Source: a virus (taxonomy: Duplodnaviria > Caudoviricetes). From it: 64,000 bases of DNA. The notes beneath the pieces were generated by a model. The model was not told the DNA's origin. It did no database searches and was given only the letters and a program-made list of their open reading frames with translations. Every line of letters starts with the position of its first letter. Within the stretch, counting starts at the first letter, position 1. Positions 18,685 to 30,800 of this stretch are shown in pieces. The translations under genes were made by a program, and so were the position numbers. The DNA lies in the IMG/VR virus record IMGVR_UViG_3300006120_000019, positions 1 through 64,000 of that record; one strand, written 5' to 3'.

Positions 18685-18830
18685 GCTCTTTTCTCCACAA
18701 ATTTTTCCTTTGTGTTGGGATCAAAAATCTTCACAAAGCCTTCAACCGAAATAGTTCCTTGTTCGTCTGGACGTTTAGCAGTGGTTTTTGTGTCTGATAT
18801 AGGTTGTGTTGGCGTTTTATTTTCAGTCAT
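18681..18830 (-). CDS. 49-aa small protein resembling the N-terminus of 18076..18684
   Basis: Start reassigned to ATG 18830, just after the GGTAAATA motif. The ORF-track extension to 18932 overlaps the giant gene. Confidence 0.65.
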   Translation of the reverse strand: MTENKTPTQPISDTKTTAKRPDEQGTISVEGFVKIFDPNTKEKFVEKRA

Positions 18831-18834
18831 GATA

Positions 18835-18842
18835 TATTTACC
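18835..18842 (-). promoter_or_regulatory. Late promoter-like GGTAAATA
   Basis: 4 nt upstream of ATG 18830. One of five identical copies. Confidence 0.65.
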
Positions 18843-18846
18843 TTGA

Positions 18847-21800
18847 TTATAACCCACGCAGGAATCTTGCGGCTGGTGTGTTGGTTTCTTGTAACGGTAC
18901 ACCGTTGCTGGCAGTTCCTGCTCCGGGCGCATACCAAGTTACCCCTCTGCGCACCAAAATAGTTACTTCTGCACCAGCAATAGGAGCAGTAGTAAATGTC
19001 ACTGTTACAGGATTATCATTGGTTATGCTATAACCAGCAGTTTGTAAAGTGCCGCCAACATACACTTCAACTGTGCGATCTTTGATATCACTGGGTTCTT
19101 GAGAAATATCAATTTGAGTAGCTACAAAAACTGTGTTAGATCCGTCAGCCAAAATGTTGTTAGCAACTATATAATTTTGGTATTCCACAGGTAATAAGTT
19201 GCCAGGACCAATGTTGTAAACTGTGGCTCCTACACTGTGAGCTGCAGTTGCAGTACCAGCAGTACCTCTCAACAAACTGCTTACAGTGTTGTCTGAGGTA
19301 TTTCTAACTCGATACATGATTCTTTCGCCGTCTATTGTTAATGCTCCCCATATATTAGCTGCTAAATCTGGTTCAATCAATGCAGTGGCATCAGTCACAT
19401 AAACAATATCGTCAGTGACAGCCAAAGGTTGTGCTAGTGTTGTAGTGGTATTAGGAGTTATTCTGTATGTGGCTTGTGCTCCACGCATGTCCTGGAATAT
19501 ACGGAATGACATGGCTTCTGGCACAACATACTGTGTAAAATCAGTGATCACAACTACATCTGTTGTGCCAATGATTGAACCAGTTAGTGTCACTGTTGAT
19601 CCAGAAACTGTGTATCCATTGCCATTGAATAACCATCGTCCATTCAATGTTACCAAAATTCGTTCAGGATTTAAGATTTCGCGACCAGTATCAAATGTGT
19701 TTGTTTGTACTAACACACTGGCACCATAATCAAAACTGCCAGATTCAAAATTGGTAGTACCAGAATCAAATTCAGTGGAATCAAAGCCTTCTCCAACTTG
19801 TACACCTTCAGTGGTTGGTCCTACAAATACCTGCGTGAGTAATTGTTGTTCAGAGGTATCATTCCAGGTAATGATTTCAATGATATCTCCTACTTGAGGA
19901 CTTAGTCCTGCTGATGGTTGGAAGGTTAGTTGATCTCCTACCACATAATATTGTGCATTGTTTCTTACTGAAATTAATATCACTGTACCAAATGCAGTTG
20001 ACGATGTTAATGTTATAGTACGAGGGGTACCTGCAACATAAGAATCAATCACGAAGTCAACATTCACAACCAACGCAGTGCTGTTTGCGTAAACAGCCAC
20101 ATCTTCGTCTGTTATTGCAGCTTGACTGTAGTCGCCTGGATTGGGTAAATTGTATACTGTTTGTGCGCCATCACTCACATAGCTGATACCTGCTGCTGGG
20201 CGGGCTCTGGCACCATTTCTTAGTACTACAAGATTGGCAGGATTAGTGCCTTGCAAACTGTTGGTCAATGAGTATGTGAGTTGTGAGGAATCAGTGATTA
20301 TGATGGTTTCAAAAACTGGCAAACTCCAACTGTGGGTTGCACCAACTGGTGCATATCCCAAACAAGTCAAATTAATTCTGTCGGTGGTACCGTAGGTAGT
20401 AGTAAAAGTTATCTGAGTTTGAGTCAACGAATATGCAGCATAGGTATAATCAACTCCTAAGACCAATGGCCCAAGTTCGCCGTCATAGATAACAAATTCA
20501 CTGATTAAATCTATGTTAAAAGGTATCAGTATGCTGTTGCCAATGTCAGATCCCACATAGGTATTAGAGTACAACTGATTGCCGCCGCCAGTGGCAACAA
20601 CTGCAACCTGTATGGTATCACCTGCGTTAACACCCTGAGTCAATGTAAAAGTATAGTTGACCCAGTCATAAGAATCTGGCTCTACTCCTAGTCCGGTAGT
20701 TGCATTAAATGTAAGCAGTACCATAGGGTATGGCAACAATCCCTGGAACGACTGTGTGGGCGTGGCAGGATCGTAAGTGTATTTTAAACTATAGATCGGA
20801 AAACCAAATCCTTGTCCTATCCAATCTGCTCCGGGAGTGGTATAAACTCTGAAATCCAATGTGTCAAATTCTGCCCCAGGTACCAATTCTTCTGGCGCAT
20901 AGCTGCTCCATGCATCAACATAGGCTCCGCCAGCCACATTAATATCACTGGGTCTTGTACCAAGATATAGATCCAAATAAGAACTACTATATTCAACATC
21001 CAAAATACCAGGATCGTAAGTGATAAATCCTGCAGGACTGATAAAATAGTTGTCCCAGGGGTTGATATCAAAATTACCAACATCAAATCCAGTGTTCTGT
21101 CTGTAACTAGGAGCAGTTAATTGTACTCCAGGATATTCTACTCCAGAAATCAATAATGGCAAACTTAATCCAGGCTGATTAGCAGTAGGAGTATAGAATC
21201 CCATGGTCCTGTTAACACCACTGAGAGAATCCGCATTTACCAATGTCCATTCATTGGGTAGAAATTGTGCAGATGATTGAGTAGCGTTGGCGCTCCAAAC
21301 CACATTTACATACCTTACCAGTGTGCCTTCTGAGTAGACTACATTTGGTTGCCATGCCACCACAGAAGATTGGTATTCATATCTATCATATTTTATCACT
21401 GTGCGAATTGATCTTACTAATCCATTGCCCATTTGAGCCACAATAACTGCACCAGATCCTGTAGTAGATGTCAATGTAATTTGTGCTGTTGTACTGTATC
21501 CTGCTCCCGGAGTGATAATGTTTATGGCCGTGATTATTCCTGAACTGTTTACTGTAGCAGTCATTGTGGCAGGCGTAATACACGTACCAGACACAGTTAC
21601 TGTAGGAGGATTGTTATAATCATACCCAGAGCCTCCGTTGACCACTACCACATTTTGAATTTCTAACAAGTAGTTGTTGTACCATTGATTCCAAGGAAAC
21701 TTCATCCAAATGGCAGCATTTGCAGCTGCATCACTGTTGAAATTTTCCACGGTGCTCAATGATGAAGTGTAAGGAGTCAACACAGGGCTGACAAACTGCG

Positions 21801-24800
21801 GAATTTCTAAATCAGTATCCCAGTAGGCTGGCACATCATAATCTGTTAACGACCCTGCATAGGTATCCATGCCGTCATAAATGAGATTGAAGTTTAGTAT
21901 CTGCGTGTGATACGGTTTGACTTCTTGTATATAATCTTCAACAAAAGTTTGATTTTGTGGTTGATACAGCTGGTATGGCAACAAGGCTTGTAGATTATGA
22001 TCCACATCAATGTAGCTGGTTTTTATCAACCAATTTGGCGAAGTAAATTCGCTGTAAACAAAGTTAAACATCAAGATCAATGATTGATTACGCTCTATCA
22101 ACAGATCACCAACATAAATTTCTTCATTTAACGCACGAATAATTTGACGAGTTTCAATTACTGGTTCTTGGTCAAAATACTGTGCATCAAACACTTCAGC
22201 ATCAAATCCGTATGGGCCTAATGCATAGTTCCATAGCACTGAATCAAATGCAATAGTTCCGTCTTGTAGAGCTACGCGTGTCCATCCGGTGATGGTTCTT
22301 TGATATATTTCAAATTTACCTTGACTGTTGGTGGTGACTTTTACACTACTACCAATGGGTGCAGTTGCCAATGTTAGTGTGCTGAGATCTGCATAATTTG
22401 CTACCGTGACTGTGATCTGTGTTGAGCTGTTGTAGCCTGGCAAATACCAGGTGATGTAGTTCCAATACAACGGAGTATCGTAATTTTGTATGCGTACAAG
22501 ATCTAACACTCGTTGTCCAGGTGCAGAGCCTTGCGCGACCTGATAGATGGTCCAACGACCATTTTGACTGGAATCTGAATCAACCAGATACAAATAGCCT
22601 AACGGTACTTGTGCAAGATTTTGATAGCCCAATACAGTGAGATCAGGTACCTGCATGTTCCATGCTCCTGTATTAGGTGCTGGTTTTGATTCAGAACTAT
22701 TGAGTAAATTAAAACTACGAGTTTCTGAGATAGGATATTGTGCTAACACATTATTTGCTCGTGTCAAATAATTTTGCAATGCCGCAAATCTGTCAGAAAA
22801 CATGCTTTGACGAGGTCTAAATTGAACTCCGTACTGTTGTCCAGGACTTAGTGCAGGGTCCGGCACAAGATTACCTAGCGTATCTACTCCGCAAAAACTG
22901 TCTAGTAATTTGCGATACAAATTGGCATTTAAAAAACTATCTGGGCGACCGTCGGCAATAAAAGCATACTCAACGTGCACATCAGCCGTGGTTGCTTGCC
23001 GATCATATCCAACATGTAATATAGTATCTTGAGCTGACAATAAACTGTTGGCATTATAAATCGCAATAGTACTGGCATTTAATCCAGCTATATACGGAAT
23101 ACCACTACCAATGGGGTTTGAAATATAACCAGCAATACCTGTAGTACTTAGAGTTTTTCCTACTGCGGTGTTTATTGTAGATATTCCTCTTACCCAGAAG
23201 TAATAATTTGTAACAAAAATTCCGTTTACATCCACAGTGGTTGCCACAGTATAGCTGATTGTGCTGAGTGGGGTCCCTTGCCCTGTGTAATTTACAGGTG
23301 CCACTGAACTTTCTATCCACTGATAAACGTCTACATTACTGCCTGGAAATAATTGTCCCCAACGTTTACTAGCATACACAATGTCATCTTGATTGGGATT
23401 GATAAATCTCACGCGGTTGGTATCCCACCAAATTTCTCCCACATGGGTGGCGCCCCAACTGGTTCCCACATTGTGCACTGATCCTTGATTGTAATTTGCA
23501 GGATCTACTGCACCAATGTAGTCTATGTTTTGTCTTGCAGCACCTAGTATTTTTCCTTGAAGCGGGTCAATAAAATCATAATATGTTTGTGTACTATTCA
23601 ACAATTTATCGTAGCTGTAAACAGAGTCCAATAAGTTTGTGTCTACCACTGGTTGTTGATAGTATTTTACTTCCCATGCTAGTGCACCAGTGGGATTATC
23701 AAACACGTAAGCTTCACCATACCCATTTGTATCACTACCAGGTGCACCTATCAACAGCCTGCCATTCACATAGTTTACTGCAAAACCAAAGTTTTTATCA
23801 ACATCAACACCAGCCTCTGAATTACCATACTGATCGTCGGTGCCTATACCAGTGTTATAGATTTGTTGACCAAATACAAATGCTCCCGGATTTGACAGAG
23901 ACACGGAAGCACTGGGCAAATAATCAAATGTATATGCTACGCCATTATTGACTATGGTTGTGGAGAATACTGTGCTTCTTTCATCAAAGTACGTGGTGCC
24001 ACCGTCGAATATTTCTCGTTCATATACATTGCCATTGGGTGCACCAACTATGAGATTTATTGCTCCAGAATTTACAGCAATGCTGGTACCAAAATACGCA
24101 TAGTCAGTTGGGCTTGGGCTTAAAATATCTTGTGTCCATACATAGGTATTGAATCCAATGGTGTCAAATGCACTGTTAACTAGTCCTGGCAATACACTGA
24201 GTTTGTTAAACGGTGTTGCTGCTGTAGAATTGATCACAGACACAGTGATTCTTCCTGACGTTACAACAATTGAAAATTTCGCAGCTGGTGCCACTGCAAA
24301 AATTATTTGTTGTGTGGTATTATTGTAGCTGTAATCTACTCCTGAAGTTTGTAACACAGAATTCACATACACCACTGTGGTATAAGAGTCTGCAGCAGAA
24401 TACACAGATCCTACATTGTATACTTGAGTAACTCCGTCTCCAACAAAAATCACATCAGGAGTAGTTGATGCTATTACATTTGGTACATTGGCAGCATTGA
24501 TTGCCGCAACCAGTCCTGCTATATTATTGTTAGGACTAGACGGTATAGCAATTTCAAATCCGTTAATTCTAATAGTGTCACCAGCGGTCAGCGCAGGATT
24601 GGCTACAGTAGAGGTAGTTACTCCGTAAATTCTGCTTTGATTGACTTGACGTTCAACCATGCCTGATCCTGGTGATCCAGACTGGCTACTCTGCGGTGCT
24701 CCAATGTACACACTACAATTATTAGGGCATATTGTTACTGCGGTTCCGTATGCCGATGCAGCAACTGGCATTTTTGCAGTGATTTTTTCAACCAAACTAA

Positions 24801-27800
24801 ATTGATTTGTCTCAATGGTCAGTGTGTCCCCAATGGTTAATGTAACTGTTGAGTTTAACACGACATTGCTGCCACTGATAGTGTACTGTCCATTGATATA
24901 TTGAGCACTGTTGGTCAAATATGTGTTGTTCAACAACACTGCAACAGGTGCCGTGAATGATCCCGGAATTACATATGTGGTCTGAGACACCGTGGTAATT
25001 TGATAATTTACAACACTGCGATCATATATGTATACTGCTCCTGCATCTGTCACTGTACCAGCGGTGTCGTTTACGCAGCCCACTACCAGTTGTCTACCAT
25101 CAGTGGATGTGGATATACTGGTTCCAAACTCAGCATCTCCGCTAAGTCCAGTGCCAGTGATTGCAGAGATATATTGCCAATATGTGCTAGCAGTTACTTC
25201 AATGTCGGCACCTGCGGCTGGAATGGTAACAAATGTCAATAATCCTGACCCAAATGTGTAATCAATATAGGGTCTTTGCAACACAGCATTAACACGTACT
25301 GTAAATGAATATATGTTGCTCACTGTGTACAAACTGTTGACCAATGCAAAATTGTTATTTGTAGTAACTCCACTGCCAGAAAAAGTAAATGTAGAAATAG
25401 CACCTGCAACAACCGCAGTCACTGTTATAACCAAATTATTTGCACTAGATCCGTTGGGACAAATCTGTGTGTAATTTACTGTCAATGTATCACCAACCGC
25501 ATAGGCAGACCCACCAGCAGTGAGTGTAGGATTATATACTCCACGAGTATCAACTATGGTAAATGCGGCACCAGTGCCCACTCCAGATGTACTGTTTTGT
25601 TTGATGTTGTAATATACTTGTCGATCAATTTGTGCAGCCTGTCTGCGTACAATTGTCAGTGGCTGGTTGGCAGCCGGAGCAGTATAGAATTGTACCACAT
25701 TTGAGTTAATGTAATAATCAATGTTGTGTATAGCTAATACATTGTTGACAAGTACTATTAATTGATCTGGATAAGCTGGATTGATCTGGATTGAGTTTGC
25801 CCAATTGAATGCAGTTTGCACGCCATTGGTAGTATATGTGATTGAATCTGTGGGCACATCAACACGTCCAAATGCATACACTGTGTTGGCTCCAGGTGCA
25901 CTGATATACATCCAATGTTCGTCTTGACTGATAGCCACTGCAGATCCAAAACTAATGCTGGTAAAATTTTGATCAGGTGCTACTAACAGTTGTGTTTGCA
26001 AGTAATCATTTGTGCCTGGAATTTGATATATCACAGTTGCGTATCCAGCATTGCTGTTACTGGCATTGGCACCGGCTATTGCCCAATTTTTACTGCCAAA
26101 CATCACACTGTTTCCATACCCAGCAGTTCCAGTGGCATTGAGAGACAGCATAACATTGTCTGTATAGGGCACTATGTTGGATCTTCGATAGGTATAAATC
26201 AACCCTGAACCAGAACTAGCCCCAGGACTGCCTACCAAAACACTGTAGTGATCTTGTGTTTGACTCACACTGGTACCAAATCCAGAATTAGCAAATAGTT
26301 CATAAGGTTCCAGCAAATCAGCCACGTTAAATGGTGTAGTTTTTTGTAAAACTTCCCAATGACCTGCACCGTCGTTGTCTACCCAAGCCAATGCACCTGG
26401 AACAAGATCATTTACATAAGGCAAATTTTGAATGTCGCTGGCCTGTGATACGCGAGTGGTTTGTAAATAAAATACCAGTCCAGTACCCGTGAGCTGACTT
26501 TGATTTGTGTTGGTGAATGCAAATGCAATGACCACTGTGGTAGGTGACGGCACACTCAATACTCGGTACACACCGTTTACGCCATCATTGAAATACTTTA
26601 TAATAATTGTATTGCCAATGGCCAGACCGTGTGTGTGATTGAATTGCACCACACTGGTACTGTTCAAATTGTTACTCAACAATGTCATTTGTCCAGAGAC
26701 CTGAACACATTTGTAAATTCCCCAGTCGTAGCTATTGATTTGTGCCACCCAGACCACTGTGCCATTGCCAATGGTATTGATACTGGCATCAAGATTGGCA
26801 GGATTATTGAGGTTGAATACTGTGATATCTACATCATTGATATTGACATATCCTGCTGAGGGCAATGCAGTATCAAGATTTGTTCCATATGTGGTTGGCA
26901 ATATATCTGTTGTGGGTATGGCGTAACTTTCACTCCACAAATTGCTCAAATAAATTGTTTGGTCAGCTGGGCTTGTTTGGCCTGGTTGAATAATTTGAAC
27001 TGTGCTTGGATTAGCAGTCAGCAATGCTTGATTAAGAACTATTTCAAACCAACTGCGATTGGCGTTGGCTCCGTATGTGCCTACCAAGATTCCCCAATTT
27101 TCATATATGGCATACTGACCAGTTTCTCTTCCCAAGTTTGCTCTGGTAAACAATTCAGCACTGAGTCTTGTTCCTTTGCTGCCAATGAAGCCTTGGTAAA
27201 TTTGTACCTGACTGACATCATCAAGATTCAAATCAACCATGTACTGTCTCGGCCTGAATCCAGTAAGTCCAAATGCCAGCAAGTCATTGTCGCTGGCCAA
27301 GTTAGCATCATAGATATTGTAGCTATTAGCCTGTTGGTCTGCTTTGTTAGGAATATTGGGCAACAAGCCTTGATCAATCATGGCATAGTTGCTTTTGACC
27401 CAGTTTGCGTAATCAAATGTTGTGGCAGGTTGTACAACGTTTAACGCACTCCAGTAATTGTTCTTGTAAATTACTATTTCACCTTTGGTGTATTTTACGT
27501 TGGGTTGCCACTGAATAACATTGTTTTGATTTAAAATAAAACCTTGTGCATTTAGTGTTCCATCCCAGTCACTACTGATGCTGGCTTTCCAGGCCACACG
27601 ATTTTGACGTTCGGCGGTGGTAGGATCATAGATCAAGTCATTGAAAATGCTTACATTATCAAGTACTGCCATGTTTTCATAGTCAGTGAATTTTAAATCC
27701 AAGTACGAAATGGTTTGATTTGTGGCGCTGGATATTGTAAAAGAGTCACCATATCTTTGTATGATCAAATCACGCGATTGTATTGCCTGTTTGTTTTGAT

Positions 27801-30800
27801 CAGTCAACTGATTCTCTGGTGTCAAACTAGTGACTGCGGCCACCACTGCGCCTGGTTTGTACACTGTGATTTTGGTGGCACCAGGATTTAAATTGATAAT
27901 TGTGCCGGGTGCCCAACCTTGTTGACTCCAGTACAAGAATTCTTGAGCCATCTGTGCCCAATTCAACGTATAACCATTTTGTACGCCATCAAATACCATG
28001 CCTTGGCTGGTCAAAAATACACCATAACTTAGAATAAAATCCACAACAATTGTAGAATTACTAAAATTGTATCCGTAAGGAACATTTACTATGTTATTGG
28101 TATATTGTGCAGGTACCGTTACTGTTGCACCACCAGCACTGACCGTTTGAGTAGGACCGTTAACTGCACTAGCCACAATTGGAAAGTACGGTTGCACATT
28201 GCTATAACCATACACGCTGAATCCTGTCTCTTGTTTTTGAATGATCAGTGAGCTATAAACAATTTCACTAAATGGTTGATTAGCATACAATAATAAATTC
28301 CAACTTTCAGGTGGCAACAACAAGCTGGCATTTTGACTTTCTGGACTAGACTTTTCCAAATAGATATTGGCATATTTTTTGTCTGTAAATGCCGCCATTC
28401 TATAACACAGTCTCACGTCAAGATTGGACAAATCTTGTGTAAGCGCTGTAGAGGAATTCATCCCTAACTGTTGATTATAATCAATGATCCAGTTGATATA
28501 GCTGGCTTTGCTAACACCGTTTCCGTATACTTGCACTTCATTGGCATTTATTCTATAACGACCGTTGTAGAGATATTGATCAAATTCTACATTGTATCTG
28601 TATAAATCTCTGTCCACAAACAAGCTAAAAAATTCAGCCGGACGGGTAAGTGCCAACAGTCTCATGACTGCAAAAGGGTAACTAGAACTTGACCACCAAG
28701 CAGCTTCTGTTGGGCCGCCGTCGCCGACTACCCAGCTCTTGCGCCAGTCATTGGGATTGTAAAGTCCTACCACACTGACCAATGGCGCCAATAACTCGCC
28801 TTGAGAGTCCACAGGAATAACAGTGGTCAATCCTGGACGTGCATATCGAGTATCTATATAAGGAGCCACAGGGTCTGCCACGTACCCAGCTTCTAGATCG
28901 CCCCAAAGCACCAAGTTATCACTGGTATAAGGCACAGGGCCATAACGTGCAGTCCACCATGTGGGTTGTTCAGTGAGTCCTAGCATTTCCCAAGGGGTTA
29001 AATTGGGACTTGTTGTATCATAAAAATATCGATAGATACCACGCCATGCACCCAGCAACGGTTCTTCGTTGATCTTGTTACCAGATGTGCTGTAGTTGTA
29101 GGTAAAAGGATTCGACGCAATGTAATTTTGTGTCTTGTAATCTACTTTGTTTTGTCCAACCCAACTTAAGAAACTTTCACCAAGTATCTGAGTTATTTGA
29201 GCTTGTGTGTAATTTGTGGTTCTAAAAAATCCAGGTATGACATCTTCAGCAGTTAGTGGCACAGGATTGCCGTCATTTTTTAAATTGTCATAGATTCTTT
29301 TTTCAAACTCTAATAAAATTTGATCTCTAAAATCGCCATATGAAACAGTAATGCTACCATCATGTCCTTGTATTACTAAGGTTGGATTTAGATAGTTAGG
29401 ATCATAAAAAATTTCAGGCTTAAATTTTGGATACAATCCTAATTTAGTAGGAGTATTAGGCACAAAATTTCCAACAGTGTTGCTGTATTCGTTAATAGTA
29501 ACAACGTCACCAACGTTTAACGGTACAGTTATAGTAAGCACCGGACTATCAGTAGATACTACATAATCATAATTTCTTACTAATAAAACATTGTTGACAT
29601 ATACCAATAGTCCTAAATAATTAGACTCAGTGAAATTATACATCTGTACTGTGTTAAACACTGATGTTGTTATTTGAGATACTGTTGTAGAATTTGAAAC
29701 AAATGTTGTGCCAGTGGGCAACATGTCTGACCAGTAGAACGAATTTAAACTGGTTCTGCCTGCAGTGATCTGTGCAATGGCTGAGTCTAATATTTCAGGA
29801 ATAGTCATTGTTCCGTAGTCATTGCTGATCACTGTGGTCAACAATTGCGATTTGAATTTGATATATTCGCGACTGTTAAAGTCTAAACTGGCAAATATAT
29901 CATAATTGGGATCTCGCATGAAATAGCCAGCCAGTGTCAGTGGCGAGCTTTGTTGCAGTATCTGTAGACCATACGGAACAATGTTACCAAGATCTCTAGT
30001 GTTGTTGGCACCAATTACAGGGCCTTGTAATCCAATTAGATTTTGTGCAATAGTACTGTAATGATTGCGCACTGTGCCTAATGTAAATTGAGTGCTGTTG
30101 TTGTTTAAGGGATTGTTTTCTAAATTGATTGGAACTTGGAAAAATCCTTGCGAACTGACTTGATCACTGAGTACTTGTATTTCAATCAAATCTCCTGGAT
30201 TGTACACTGTTAACCAGGTGATTGTGGTGGTATTGGTTCCCACACTGACTCTATAGTTGAATGACTCCTGGAATGTGGCATTGATAAAAACTTGCACTGC
30301 TGGTACCACAGTGTTTGTGCTAACTGCAATGTCCAACTGCACAGGTGAGCCAGTGTAGGTAAATTGAAATTGCTGGCGAACCAAACTCTGAGTTATTGCA
30401 GTTTGCCATCCAATTTCTCGTTGATAGGTTAGTCGACTATTGTATTGTCTTACAAATCCAGAACTCAATGGTACTGTTTGACCAGCATTGTTTATAGTAT
30501 AGTTGAACGAATCGGCGTACAAATTATTATCAAAAACAATATCGCCAATGTTGGTCAGACTCAAGTAGGTCAACGGAAATCCAAGAACCAAATCAGCAGG
30601 GCCAGATCCTACTGCATAGCTGAACAATGAGCTGCCATTGAAATTGGTGCTGGGATAAGTTGCCGAATCACCAAAACTGACGCCGTTGGCATCATAGATA
30701 TCAAATTGCGGCGGCTGATTTACACTGATTTTTTGTTGTTCTTCAATCCAATTGACACCGTTGTATCTAAAACTTTGACCTTTCAAAGTGTTACCATTCA

